A stretch of DNA of 64,000 bases from the IMG/VR virus record IMGVR_UViG_3300033481_000147, positions 3,523-67,522 of that record, one strand, 5' to 3'. Both the position numbers and the translations under genes were made by a program. The notes under the pieces are model-generated. The model worked only from the letters and a program-made list of their open reading frames with translations. It searched no databases and had not been told where the DNA came from. Positions 19,252 to 29,518 of this stretch are shown piece after piece (positions within the stretch are counted from its first letter, which is position 1; the number at the start of each line of letters is the position of its first letter). This stretch comes from a virus. Taxonomy: Duplodnaviria; Caudoviricetes.

Positions 19252-19485
19252 GTGGAAAAACGAAAATATGTTCGGTTAGATGATCAAGAAGAACTACTCC
19301 TACAGTATCAGATTCAAATACAAGATGGTCTTGATGACTCTAAATCAAAATATAGAAAACTCGTACAAGCAGGTATTGCTAAATGGGTTAGTGATTTTCA
19401 AAAAGGGAATATACAGATAAATTCTGTCGATGATCTAAAAAAGCTGATTGAGCTTGATTTGGATTTACAAAGAGAAGAGATGTAA
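19252..19485 (+). CDS. Conserved phage hypothetical protein upstream of terminase
   Basis: GGGGGT SD, GTG start; INSVDDLKKLIELDL. Confidence 0.65.
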   Translation: MEKRKYVRLDDQEELLLQYQIQIQDGLDDSKSKYRKLVQAGIAKWVSDFQKGNIQINSVDDLKKLIELDLDLQREEM

Positions 19486-19522
19486 ATTGTATTATCTCGT
19501 GGGGGGTTGGTGAGTATGTGAT

Positions 19523-20362
19523 ATGGCAAAAGCAAGAAGTCCAAACAGAGATAAAGCGTTTGCAATTTGGCAAGAACATGGCGGTAATATAACAAATCGT
19601 GAAATTGCTCAAATCCTCAACGAGGATGAAAAGAAAATAGCTGTTTGGAAACAGCGTGATAAATGGAATGTTGTACAACATTCAAATGATTGTTGTACAA
19701 CAAAAAAAGCAGGAGCACCAAAAGGAAACAAAAATGCTGCTGGACATGGCGCCCCGATAGGCAATAAAAATGCTGTTGGTAATAATGGCGGCCCGCCCGT
19801 CGGCAATAAAAATGCCGTTACGACTGGTGAGTTTGAAACGATTTGGTTAGACTGCCTTACTGATGATGAACAGGCAATGTATGAAAAAATTGATACAGAC
19901 GAGCTTGTCCAAACAGAAGAGGCTATCAGATTATTAACACTTCGTGAGAGGCGAATGCTTAAAAGAATTCAAGATCTTATGAATGGTCTATCCGAAAAAG
20001 CTCGGTCAATAGTCATGAATACTAAAAATAAAAAAGAACTTATTCAGGTTTTTGATGAAAAAACAGGTAAGACCAAAGTAGTAAGTACGAATGTGCCTGA
20101 ATTGGCCATACAGTCAATTAATGAAACCGAGTACCGTAAAATTGATGATATCTTAAGTATCGAAGAAGCCTTGACCAGGATACAGGATAAAAAGACTAAG
20201 CAATTGCAATTAAAGCATGATTTAGAGTTTGATAAAAAGCGTATTGTTTTAGAAGAAAAACGTGTCGAAATTATGGCACAAAAACATAATCTAGGAAAAG
20301 CCCCACCGGAAGCTATACAATTTATAGACGATATTGGATGTGATGAAGATGAATCAGATTAA
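19523..20362 (+). CDS. terS: Terminase small subunit
   Basis: MAKARSPNRDKAF HTH, W-K-RDKW, repeated GAPxGNKNA. Confidence 0.9.
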   Translation: MAKARSPNRDKAFAIWQEHGGNITNREIAQILNEDEKKIAVWKQRDKWNVVQHSNDCCTTKKAGAPKGNKNAAGHGAPIGNKNAVGNNGGPPVGNKNAVTTGEFETIWLDCLTDDEQAMYEKIDTDELVQTEEAIRLLTLRERRMLKRIQDLMNGLSEKARSIVMNTKNKKELIQVFDEKTGKTKVVSTNVPELAIQSINETEYRKIDDILSIEEALTRIQDKKTKQLQLKHDLEFDKKRIVLEEKRVEIMAQKHNLGKAPPEAIQFIDDIGCDEDESD

Positions 20363-21629
20363 AATGTCTGAAAAAGTCTTACCTGCTTTTTTATCGTTTT
20401 GGAAAAATTGCAATAGAAAAACCAAGCGCAAATTGTATAAGGTCTTAAAAGGTGGGCGGAATAGTTCTAAGTCTACACATATCGCCTTGCGTATTATTTA
20501 CGATATGATGAAAAAGCCTGTCAGTGCATTAGTTGTAAGAAAAGTAGGCAATACACTTGAAACATCTGTATATGAACAGTTAATATGGGCTATCAATGAA
20601 TTAGGCGTAGCCGATTATTGGCATGTTGGAAAAAGTCCTTTAAAGTTAACATATCTACCACGTGGTAATATGATTATTTTTCGTGGGGCAGACAAGCCGC
20701 AAAAAATAAAGTCAATTAAAATGAGTAAATTTCCACTTGCAATATTGTGGATTGAAGAGTTGGCGGAATTTTTGCTGGAAGATGAAGTTACGACAATTAC
20801 AAACTCAATTGTACGTGCTATATTACCAGACGGGTTGAATTATGATATATATTTTTCATATAATCCGCCCAAACGCAAGCAATCTTGGGTGAATAAAAAA
20901 TATGAATCAGTTACTTTACCTGATAACGCTTACGTGCATCATAGTACTTACAAAGATAATCCATATACCTCGAAAGAATTCATTGATGAAGCGGAAGAAG
21001 TCAAAAAGAAAAATGAATATAAATATAGATGGGATTACGGTGGTGAACCGATTGGCAGTGGCATAGTTCCATTTGAAAATCTTATTTTTAGGCGTATAAC
21101 TGATGCAGAAATAGCCAGCTTTGATAATATCAAGCAAGGGATTGATTGGGGATACGCAACTGATCCTGCAGCTTTTGGGCGAGGTCATTATGATAAAACC
21201 CGCAAGAAACTTTATATTTTTGGTGAGATATATGGCCTTAAAATTAGTAATCGAAAGTTAGCTAAAAAAATAAAAGAAAAAGGCTGGCATAATGAGCTAA
21301 TCATTGCTGATTCAGCCGAAAAGAAAAGTGTAGATGACATGAATGAGTTTGGATTATGGTGTATAGCTGCTAAAAAGGGTCCTGGTAGTGTTGAATATGG
21401 TGAAAAGTGGTTGGATGACGAATTAGATGAAATTATTATTGATCCTGATCGTTGTCCGAACCACGCTCGAGAATTTGAAAACATCGATTATCAAGTTGAT
21501 AAAAATGGTGACCCGTTAAATAAATTGGGAGAGAAAGACAACCATACAATAGATTTATGGCGCTATGCATTGGAACGCGATATGTCGGGCAGAAAAACAA
21601 ACGCTGGTTCCGGACAATCCAAATACTAA
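20349..21629 (+). CDS. terL: PBSX-family terminase large subunit
   Basis: LKGGRNSSKS, WIEELAE, SYNPP, GIDWG, DNHTIDLWRY. Confidence 0.95.
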   Translation: MNQIKMSEKVLPAFLSFWKNCNRKTKRKLYKVLKGGRNSSKSTHIALRIIYDMMKKPVSALVVRKVGNTLETSVYEQLIWAINELGVADYWHVGKSPLKLTYLPRGNMIIFRGADKPQKIKSIKMSKFPLAILWIEELAEFLLEDEVTTITNSIVRAILPDGLNYDIYFSYNPPKRKQSWVNKKYESVTLPDNAYVHHSTYKDNPYTSKEFIDEAEEVKKKNEYKYRWDYGGEPIGSGIVPFENLIFRRITDAEIASFDNIKQGIDWGYATDPAAFGRGHYDKTRKKLYIFGEIYGLKISNRKLAKKIKEKGWHNELIIADSAEKKSVDDMNEFGLWCIAAKKGPGSVEYGEKWLDDELDEIIIDPDRCPNHAREFENIDYQVDKNGDPLNKLGEKDNHTIDLWRYALERDMSGRKTNAGSGQSKY

Positions 21630-21641
21630 GGTGGTGATTAT

Positions 21642-23075
21642 ATGATAGATGATTATACATGCGACGATATATTTAGTGATTATCACGATTATAAAGTCCT
21701 GCATGATGCTTATTATGGCAAGGGCGGGTTTAAACATGGTGGTTACATAGAACGTTATCCCAGGGAAGGTGAATTAAAATATTTACGTAGGCGTAAAGTA
21801 GCGTATTATTCAAATTATCTACGACCTATTATTGATTCGCATGTGGACCCGATATTCCGTAAAGAGCCTAAGCGGAGTTGGCAAGGTAATAGTAAGTTTG
21901 AACAATTTCAAGAAAATATAGATGCCTGTGGTGCAGGCATGAATAGATTTATGAAGAAAGCCGCCCTTATCGCAAAGATATACGGGGTGGCTTTTATATT
22001 TACTGATAACTTTGCAGAGTTACCCGCCAATCTAGCTACAGCATTGAAAGAGCGTATGTTCCCATACAGTTACATAGTGGCACCTCGTAAAGTGGAGAGC
22101 TACAAAGTAAATAAATTTGGAAAGCTTACCTCAATAACAATTAGAGAGCCTGCCGAGGATGCAGAAGGTAATGTAACAGATGGCGAATGGTTGAGAGAAT
22201 GGACAAGTAAAGGCTGGATTTTGATTGGTGACGATGATGGTGAAACAAAAGGTCAAGGAGAACATAATCTAGGGAGATTGCCCGTAACACCGTTATACAG
22301 TAACCAAGTTGAACGCATGGATACATTACCACAATCGGAGTTTTTAGATATTGCAAAGATGAGTATAAGCTTATATAACAGATGTTCGGAACTTGATGAA
22401 ATATTATCTAGCCAAACATTTAATATATTGATATATCCAATAGCCGACAATCAAAAGCCGGATTGTGTACAAGAAATTGTTACAGGCGTTGAAAATGTTA
22501 TAGGTTATTATGCTGAAAGTGGCGGTGCACCAGGCTACATCTCTCCTAATAGTGATCCGGCAGAAATGCAAATGAAGCAGATTGATAGGTTAGTTACTGA
22601 GATGTATCGCATGGCCAGGTTATCGCATACAACAGGTGTGCAAAAACAAACAAGTGGTATAGCAAAAGCCTATGATTTCGAGCAGACAAATCAAAATTTG
22701 GGAGACTTTGCTGCTAATATTGAAGAAGCTGAGGAAGATATCGCAAGGGTATTTGCCTTATGGGAGAATATTAATAATCTTGATTACAATGTGGCTTATG
22801 ATCGCGATTTCGGCATTATTGATATTGCATCGATATTAGCTGATGCAACGGCGGCATTAGATTTACATATTGGTAATAAATTTGATGCGGCTGTTAAGAA
22901 AAAGATTGTTGCTAGTTATCTTGGTGAGGATATACCTGCTGAAGAATACGATGCAATTATGAAAGAAATTGACGATAACGCCGATAATGCAGACTATGCA
23001 GAGCAATCAATGATACTAGCCAAGCGATTAGCTGAGAAACAAGCCAAAGCCGGTGTAGTAGATGGCACAGAATGA
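21642..23075 (+). CDS. Portal protein (SPP1-like)
   Basis: Size and position after TerL; SGIAKAYDF clip-like motif. Confidence 0.85.
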   Translation: MIDDYTCDDIFSDYHDYKVLHDAYYGKGGFKHGGYIERYPREGELKYLRRRKVAYYSNYLRPIIDSHVDPIFRKEPKRSWQGNSKFEQFQENIDACGAGMNRFMKKAALIAKIYGVAFIFTDNFAELPANLATALKERMFPYSYIVAPRKVESYKVNKFGKLTSITIREPAEDAEGNVTDGEWLREWTSKGWILIGDDDGETKGQGEHNLGRLPVTPLYSNQVERMDTLPQSEFLDIAKMSISLYNRCSELDEILSSQTFNILIYPIADNQKPDCVQEIVTGVENVIGYYAESGGAPGYISPNSDPAEMQMKQIDRLVTEMYRMARLSHTTGVQKQTSGIAKAYDFEQTNQNLGDFAANIEEAEEDIARVFALWENINNLDYNVAYDRDFGIIDIASILADATAALDLHIGNKFDAAVKKKIVASYLGEDIPAEEYDAIMKEIDDNADNADYAEQSMILAKRLAEKQAKAGVVDGTE

Positions 23076-24705
23076 TTTTATTAAGACGTTTGAAAAGCTA
23101 ATTGCAGAGTATACACTTTCATTTATTGAGTTATCGATACCAGTAGCCAAAGAGGTATTAGAGCTAATTAATAAAGGCGAAGAAATTAATGATGCTGTTA
23201 CAACTGCATTAAATAATAATAGTTTTTTTGGTAGGCACAAGGATATTTTAAGCAGCATACTTTACAAGGCAACATGTGCCGGTTATGGAGTCAATCCGGA
23301 TAAAGTATCGCACCCCGCCCAAGTAAAAAACATATTATTAAATGAAGCCTGGACACCGGATAAAATGAAGTTATCTACCAGATTGCATGGCACAAATAAA
23401 GCTATGCGCAACAATATAGTAAATACAATCCAATCTGCATTTAAAAAGATGCAGAGCCTACAACAATTAGGGCGGGATTTGTACGACGGCTATACTAGCG
23501 GTAAAAGAGTAATAAATACTGCAGAGTTACCAAAGTACATAAATGATTTGCAAAAATGTGCTAAAGCTTTAATCGGTAATGACCGCAAAGCATTAAGCCA
23601 GTTTAACGATAAAGCGCAGAAAGCTGTTACTACGATTGAAAATCTAGCAGGAGGCGGTAGTCCTACAATAGCTTTAAAGGCATCTTATGTAAGTGTGCAG
23701 GAAGCAGCAGAAAAATTGGCTAGTGGCGAAGTTAGCGATAAGCAAAAAAAGCGAATACAAAAGCAATTGGAGCGTCAAGGTAAAGATCCTGTAGCTGATT
23801 TAAATAAGGCGATTGACGAAATAAATCAGGCCGCATTAGATAAAGCAGTAAATGTGGCTATCCAAGAAAAGAGCCGATACATTGCTGATCGGATTGCACG
23901 TACTGAATTGGCAGCTGCTTATGGTGATGCTTTCTTTGCTAAAAATGAGAATGATCCTGACGTTATCGCCTATAGGTGGATGTTATCGGATAGGCATCCT
24001 AAATTCGACATATGTGATTTTAATGCCAATGCGAATTTATATGGATTAGGTAAAGGTATATATCCTAAAGATAAGTTTCCACACTATCCAGCTCATCCAC
24101 ATTGTATGTGCCCTTTTAGTACAGTAATAGAAGGCACATTGGATATGGACTTTGATAAAGAAAACGCCATGCTAGATAATGCTAAATTTGATGAAGTAGC
24201 AGGGCAAAGTTATATAAATAGTTTATCTAAAATAGATCAGCAAAATCTATTAGGTGTTAATGGTCTGAATGAGTTTGAAAGCGGTGGAAGTTGGAGAGAT
24301 TATTTGCGAAATTGGCAAGGTCATAGTAATCCACATCGACGGTTTAAAGCTAATGATTTTGTTGAAAAAAGCAACGAAACGAGTATAATTGATTTAAAAG
24401 GTGATTATTCTGATAGTTATAAGAAAAAGTTACTTGATGTCGCGACCAAAATGAGTGATAATGGACTTATTCCTAAAGAACATTCCTTAAACCGAATTGT
24501 TGGGCGTATCGCTCAAGGGAGAATCTCTGATATAGAGAGCGTTATTTCAGTTGCCCTTTCTGGTTCTAAATATAGAACCGGTGATGGTGATCTTGCTCGA
24601 TATAGTAATGGAATAGCAGTTCATTTTAATGATGAGGGTGATATTGTAACAGTAGTACCTCGTAAAAAGGTACCTAAGACATGGGAGGTGATTCAAGATG
24701 ACTAA
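23062..24705 (+). CDS. MuF minor head protein with C-terminal toxin-like extension
   Basis: RIARTE and HPHCMC MuF motifs, then EHSLNRIVGR...DIVTVVPR extension. Confidence 0.8.
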   Translation: MAQNDFIKTFEKLIAEYTLSFIELSIPVAKEVLELINKGEEINDAVTTALNNNSFFGRHKDILSSILYKATCAGYGVNPDKVSHPAQVKNILLNEAWTPDKMKLSTRLHGTNKAMRNNIVNTIQSAFKKMQSLQQLGRDLYDGYTSGKRVINTAELPKYINDLQKCAKALIGNDRKALSQFNDKAQKAVTTIENLAGGGSPTIALKASYVSVQEAAEKLASGEVSDKQKKRIQKQLERQGKDPVADLNKAIDEINQAALDKAVNVAIQEKSRYIADRIARTELAAAYGDAFFAKNENDPDVIAYRWMLSDRHPKFDICDFNANANLYGLGKGIYPKDKFPHYPAHPHCMCPFSTVIEGTLDMDFDKENAMLDNAKFDEVAGQSYINSLSKIDQQNLLGVNGLNEFESGGSWRDYLRNWQGHSNPHRRFKANDFVEKSNETSIIDLKGDYSDSYKKKLLDVATKMSDNGLIPKEHSLNRIVGRIAQGRISDIESVISVALSGSKYRTGDGDLARYSNGIAVHFNDEGDIVTVVPRKKVPKTWEVIQDD

Positions 24706-24973
24706 AGAGGTTGTAAGTTTAGTTGATATATGTAGAAGGTTTTTACAAAATCAAATAAGTGTAGATGAGTATGTTAATTTATTTGAAGATACTTTTCATG
24801 AGGCTGATGCGGATAATTTTACAGAAGCTGAATTTAGCGTACTTGATGAAATTTTCATGGATAATGATATGTTTGAGCCGAATGCACTCATTAGAAAAGG
24901 GAGTGCTAGCTATATAGATGAAGCTGAATTGCGACGAAGAGTACAAGTAAATATTAGCAAGTTGACCGCCTAG
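24698..24973 (+). CDS. Colicin D immunity (ImmD)-like protein
   Basis: LVDICRRFLQNQIS, EIFMDNDMFEPNA and IDEAELRRRV align with ImmD pattern; overlaps toxin stop. Confidence 0.7.
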   Translation: MTKEVVSLVDICRRFLQNQISVDEYVNLFEDTFHEADADNFTEAEFSVLDEIFMDNDMFEPNALIRKGSASYIDEAELRRRVQVNISKLTA

Positions 24974-24987
24974 TAAGGCGGTTTTTT
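24965..24987 (+). terminator. Intrinsic terminator
   Basis: ACCGCC-tagtaa-GGCGGT-TTTTT. Confidence 0.75.
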
Positions 24988-25022
24988 CATGCCCTGATAT
25001 AAGTGTAGAAGGCGGTGTTGCT

Positions 25023-25244
25023 ATGAGTAAAATATTAAATTTCCCAAATAACAGCCAAGAAATAGCCGATATGGTAAATCAAAAAATAAGCAAGGGGACT
25101 ATTGAAGGATTGGCTGTTGTCATAAAAAATAAAGATGGCACATTTGAAATAAGATGGGATAAAAAATTAAATTACTTAGACTTGATAGGAATGTTGGAGA
25201 CCGCAAAGCAGGATATCTATATGAGAGCAAATGATATAATTTAA
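25023..25244 (+). CDS. Hypothetical protein
   Basis: GGCGGTG SD, 73 aa. Confidence 0.6.
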   Translation: MSKILNFPNNSQEIADMVNQKISKGTIEGLAVVIKNKDGTFEIRWDKKLNYLDLIGMLETAKQDIYMRANDII

Positions 25245-25489
25245 GAAAGGCGGTGATCCTTATCTACTGCAGGCTAATCGCCTGCTATTATTACTTGGTT
25301 AGGAGTGGAGTTAATGGGTAATTTTAAACGTTCAGAAGTCGCCAGAATGCCAAATGATAAAAAAGTGACGGTTTATGCTGGCGGAGAAATCAGAACTATT
25401 TCAGCAAGACAATTAAAAAAGAATATGGGAATCAAAGATAAAGCGATCAAATAGGTCGCTATTTTTTATGTTTAAAATTAATTTGAGGA

Positions 25490-25915
25490 GTGTTTATTTT
25501 GGAGCAATATATCGGAGTAAAAATTATTCAGGCAGAACCCATGACAAGAGGGGAATATAATAAATTCAAAGGATGGACAATACCTGCAGATGAAAACCCA
25601 AAGGACGAAGGATATTTAGTTAAGTATAGGGATGGTTATATTTCTTGGTCTCCTAAAGGCATATTTGAAGAAGCCAATCGTAAAACGGATGGCATGACCT
25701 TTGGACTGGCTGTTGAAGCTCTAAAAAAAGGTTTTAGAGTTTGCCGCAAAGGTTGGAATGGAAAAAGTATGTACATTCAACTTAATAAAGGCGGAGATTA
25801 TGAGTTTTCTGAAATCTTACCTTTCTTTGTGATTAAGAATGTACTAAATTCTTTCAATACATGGGTACCGAGTATATCAGATATCCTAGCCGAAGATTGG
25901 ATGATTGTTGAATAA
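25490..25915 (+). CDS. DUF2829 / Tad2-like protein with extra N-terminal domain
   Basis: MTFGLAVEALKKG.RV.RKGWNGK and WVPSISDILAEDW. Confidence 0.8.
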   Translation: MFILEQYIGVKIIQAEPMTRGEYNKFKGWTIPADENPKDEGYLVKYRDGYISWSPKGIFEEANRKTDGMTFGLAVEALKKGFRVCRKGWNGKSMYIQLNKGGDYEFSEILPFFVIKNVLNSFNTWVPSISDILAEDWMIVE

Positions 25916-26008
25916 AGCGACTAGCAATTAAGCATAGTCGCTATTTTTATATCAATTTCAAGACCCTTGGAGGTCAAAAAATAAATTATCCCAGGAGGAT
26001 GTAAAATA

Positions 26009-26740
26009 ATGAATTTTGAAGAATTAATCACAAAGTTAGAGGCAGAGGGAGGTAATGAAGATTTAATTAAATCTCTCAAAGAATCACAAGGTGAAGTAAA
26101 GAAAAAGAATAGTGAAAACCAAGGCCTTAGAAATCGCGCTAAAAAAGCTGAAGAAGATAAGGCAAAACTTGCTGCTAAATTGAAAAAATTGTCTGAGTAT
26201 AGTGGTATTGAAACCGACTTACCAGATGATGAAGCTGAACTTGAAGAGGCTCTGGAAGCACTTAAAGAAGCAAAAGAAGCAGCTAAAGCTGGTGGTGCAA
26301 AAAATACTTCTCCAGAGGTTGCCGCCCTTACTAGTAAGATCAAAGAAACTGATCGAGCACTTAAGAAACTGCAAGAAGAAAATAACACATACAAGACTCT
26401 TGCAGCACAGGAAAAATCAAAACGCATTGACATGATGCGTGATTCTGTTTTGCAAGAAGCCCTTGCAGAAGGTAAAGCCGTGAAACCGTCACAATTATCA
26501 AAATTACTTAAGGACAATATTAAAATAGCTGATGATGGTTCAGAATCGTTTGTATTCACTGCTGATGATGGCAATGAATTAACTGTCAAAGAAGGTGTAA
26601 AAAGCTTCTTAGAAGCTAATCCAGAGTTTGTTATGAATAGTTCTAATCCAGGTGCAGGCAGTGGTGCGAATGGTAAAAATATTGATGTCGAAAATATGAC
26701 ACAAGAACAATACAAAAAATGGCGAGCAACACAAAAATAA
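26009..26740 (+). CDS. Capsid scaffolding protein
   Basis: Charged coiled coil, FLEANPEFV...PGAGS, precedes MCP. Confidence 0.8.
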   Translation: MNFEELITKLEAEGGNEDLIKSLKESQGEVKKKNSENQGLRNRAKKAEEDKAKLAAKLKKLSEYSGIETDLPDDEAELEEALEALKEAKEAAKAGGAKNTSPEVAALTSKIKETDRALKKLQEENNTYKTLAAQEKSKRIDMMRDSVLQEALAEGKAVKPSQLSKLLKDNIKIADDGSESFVFTADDGNELTVKEGVKSFLEANPEFVMNSSNPGAGSGANGKNIDVENMTQEQYKKWRATQK

Positions 26741-26762
26741 ATTTAAAAAGGATGATAGATAA

Positions 26763-27875
26763 ATGGCAAATACATTATTAACCCCTTCGATTATCGCAAG
26801 AGAGTCTTTGATGGCTCTAGAAAATAACATGGTTTTTGGTGGATTGGTTTATCATAACTACTCTGCTGAGTTTGCAAATGTAGGAGATACAATTACTATT
26901 CGCAAGCCAGCAACTTTTAAAACTGATGAATTCGACGGTGAAATTGAGCTACAAGATGCAAAAGAAACTGGCGTTCCTATCGTCATGAATAAATTGTTCG
27001 ATGTGTCATTTCCAATATCATTAAAAGATTTAAATCTGAATATTGTTAATTTCTCTGAACAATTTGTACAACCAGCGATGATGTCAATCGCACAGACTGT
27101 TGATGCTAGTATCGCCGCTCTTTATGCGGATGTGCCTTATTATTTTGGCGCTGCTGGTACAACACCTGGTACAGTCGCCGCTATTACAGGCGTTAGAAAA
27201 ATCATGAATGATAACAAGGTTCCTTTGGTTGGCAGAAATTTAGTTGTCAATACTGACGCAGAAGCCGCATTGTTAGAATTAGATGCATTTAATCGTGTTG
27301 ATGCTAGTGGAACAGATGCTGCGCTTGTAGAAGCTAGTTTGGGCCGTAAGTTTGGTTTTGATACATACATGGATCAGAACATTAAGACTCATAGTAATGG
27401 TGGGTTTACAGCTACTCCTGCGGTAACGATTAGTACAGAAGTTTCGGCAGGAGCCAATACAGCGGTACTAACTGCAACAGCTTTAACTGGCACAATCAAA
27501 AAAGGTACTATCTTTAAAGTTGCTGGTGATACACAGCCATACGTGATAACAGCAGATGTAACAGCAGCTGCTAACAGTGCAACAGTATCTTTTTATCCAG
27601 CAGCAGAAAAAACAATGACAGCAACTGCAGTAGTAACTATTGTTAGTGACCATGCTGCAAACATTGCTTTTCACAAAAACGCTTTTGCAATGGTAAGTCG
27701 TCAATTAACTAAGCCAATGGGTAATACAGAATCTAGCTATGTTAATTACAACGGGCTTGGATTACGTGTTACTATTGGCTATGACATTAAGAGTAAAACG
27801 GATATTGTGTCTATTGATATGTTATGTGGTTTTAAAACAATTCAGCCAGAATTAGCTGCAAGATTAATTGGATAA
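26763..27875 (+). CDS. Major capsid protein (P22 coat-like)
   Basis: MANTLLTPSIIARESL...VGDTITIRKP...IDMLCGFKTIQPELAARL. Confidence 0.9.
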   Translation: MANTLLTPSIIARESLMALENNMVFGGLVYHNYSAEFANVGDTITIRKPATFKTDEFDGEIELQDAKETGVPIVMNKLFDVSFPISLKDLNLNIVNFSEQFVQPAMMSIAQTVDASIAALYADVPYYFGAAGTTPGTVAAITGVRKIMNDNKVPLVGRNLVVNTDAEAALLELDAFNRVDASGTDAALVEASLGRKFGFDTYMDQNIKTHSNGGFTATPAVTISTEVSAGANTAVLTATALTGTIKKGTIFKVAGDTQPYVITADVTAAANSATVSFYPAAEKTMTATAVVTIVSDHAANIAFHKNAFAMVSRQLTKPMGNTESSYVNYNGLGLRVTIGYDIKSKTDIVSIDMLCGFKTIQPELAARLIG

Positions 27876-27932
27876 AAGTAGTGAGAAGGGGTAAAGCCCC
27901 TTCTTTTCTATTATTTAGAAAGGATGATCGAG

Positions 27933-28100
27933 ATGATCGAATTGAAAACGGCTACAGTTTATTATGGTCAAGATCCATATATCATAAATGATAGTGAATG
28001 GTCCGACTACCAAAAACAAGGATTTACAAAGAGACCAGCAAGGTCAAAAGACGATGAAGCAGAGGCTAAAGCTGCAGCAGAAGCAGCAAACGGTAAATAA
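27933..28100 (+). CDS. Small head-associated hypothetical protein (55 aa)
   Basis: Read manually; AAGGA SD. Confidence 0.55.
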   Translation: MIELKTATVYYGQDPYIINDSEWSDYQKQGFTKRPARSKDDEAEAKAAAEAANGK

Positions 28101-28102
28101 TC

Positions 28103-28657
28103 ATGGATATCACATTTAATACCCCTACTACCGCTAGTTTCTTAAAAGCTGCCGATATTACACCACGTACATTTGAGAAAAATATGCGTTTGGGAATGAA
28201 AGAATCAACAAGATCAGTAAAAGATTTAGCAGTAATGCGGCATAAGTTTATATCTCGGACAGGTGCATTGATTAGATCAATAACCGATGAAACCATTTTT
28301 AGTGATGAAAGTAAGGTAGAAGGTAGAGTATATATTGACGAGAAAATTGCTCCCTATGGAAAATGGGTTCATGAAGGCACTCGACCACATGATATTGTAC
28401 CAACCAAGAAACAATGCTTACGTTGGGCCTGGTTTGTAGGTACCGGTGGTGGTGAGGTTACACCTAATATGTATAGAAATCTTAGAACTACAGGTTTTAC
28501 AAGTAATAGTGCTGAATTTGTATTTGCTAAAAAAGTACATCATCCTGGAACTAAAGCGGATATGTTTATTCGTGAAGCGGGAATGTTGAAACGCGAATAC
28601 ATAAATGAAGTGTTTGCTAATTACTCAATGAGAGCTACAAAGGAGGCTGGTTTATGA
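28103..28657 (+). CDS. HK97 gp10-like neck/tail-completion protein
   Basis: RTGALIRSI, WVHEGT, HHPGTKA. Confidence 0.75.
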   Translation: MDITFNTPTTASFLKAADITPRTFEKNMRLGMKESTRSVKDLAVMRHKFISRTGALIRSITDETIFSDESKVEGRVYIDEKIAPYGKWVHEGTRPHDIVPTKKQCLRWAWFVGTGGGEVTPNMYRNLRTTGFTSNSAEFVFAKKVHHPGTKADMFIREAGMLKREYINEVFANYSMRATKEAGL

Positions 28658-29061
28658 GTGATAGAATTTATTTTGACACAACATTAATTGATGATTCTAT
28701 GCTTAAAACTTATGTTACAGAAACGCATATCAAGAAATCTACTAATTATATAGAAGATTTAGCAACCAGTTTAGGTGTAGCGATAGCTAATATAGCAAAT
28801 CCTACGCCTTTTAAAATTGCCGAACTAGCAGAAGCTTATGCACTCATGGAAACTGCAAAGAAAAAATCAATGATGAACACTAACGGACAAATTGAGGGTG
28901 CAGATGCTTTTGAATTAAAAAGACGTGTTTATGCTAAACAGGTTGATAGTTTAACTAATCAGATAACCGCGACAACCTTTACTGGTCCACTTGTTGATGC
29001 GCATGGTAATGCCATTACTTCATTATCTTTTCCTATCTCTATGGTGATTAGGAGAGGGTAG
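28654..29061 (+). CDS. Probable head-tail connector
   Basis: Position and size. Confidence 0.5.
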   Translation: MSDRIYFDTTLIDDSMLKTYVTETHIKKSTNYIEDLATSLGVAIANIANPTPFKIAELAEAYALMETAKKKSMMNTNGQIEGADAFELKRRVYAKQVDSLTNQITATTFTGPLVDAHGNAITSLSFPISMVIRRG

Positions 29062-29062
29062 T

Positions 29063-29518
29063 ATGGGCGAAGAAGTATTATATTGGTGGCCAATATTAGA
29101 TAATCTTGTTAATTTTATGAACACTAAAACAGATGATGAAGGAAATTTGATATTTGTTTTAGATGGTGGTGTCTATGCCGGTACAAAAGGGACTGGTAAA
29201 ACTTATCCTTGCATTGAGGTTACTTGGGATGGTGAGACAGGTATAAAAATCAAACGCCAAACGCAAGGCTTTGTTACTTTATGGGCTGATATTTGTATTC
29301 AAAATAGTGATGAAGATCCTGCCGCGCCTTACAGTGAAATACACAAATGGCAAACGTTAATCATTAAACTTTTAAAAGAATGGCCGAGTGAGTTAAATGA
29401 AAAGTTAAACATTGGATCTACCATTGAGGTGACCCATGCATTATCTGATGGGGATATCCAAAGACCGACCTGTATCAGCAGGTTAATAATAACGATAGAT
29501 TGGAGAATAACCAAATGA
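29063..29518 (+). CDS. Probable tail terminator protein
   Basis: YPCIEV motif, precedes tail tube gene. Confidence 0.5.
   Translation: MGEEVLYWWPILDNLVNFMNTKTDDEGNLIFVLDGGVYAGTKGTGKTYPCIEVTWDGETGIKIKRQTQGFVTLWADICIQNSDEDPAAPYSEIHKWQTLIIKLLKEWPSELNEKLNIGSTIEVTHALSDGDIQRPTCISRLIITIDWRITK

Noticed and set aside
25253-25322. 22-codon ORF after GGCGGTGATCC
   Set aside because: Too short to support without homologs
25921-26715. Long minus-strand ORF (similarly 15978-16589, 8155-8589, 5213-5659)
   Set aside because: Antisense shadows of well-supported + genes
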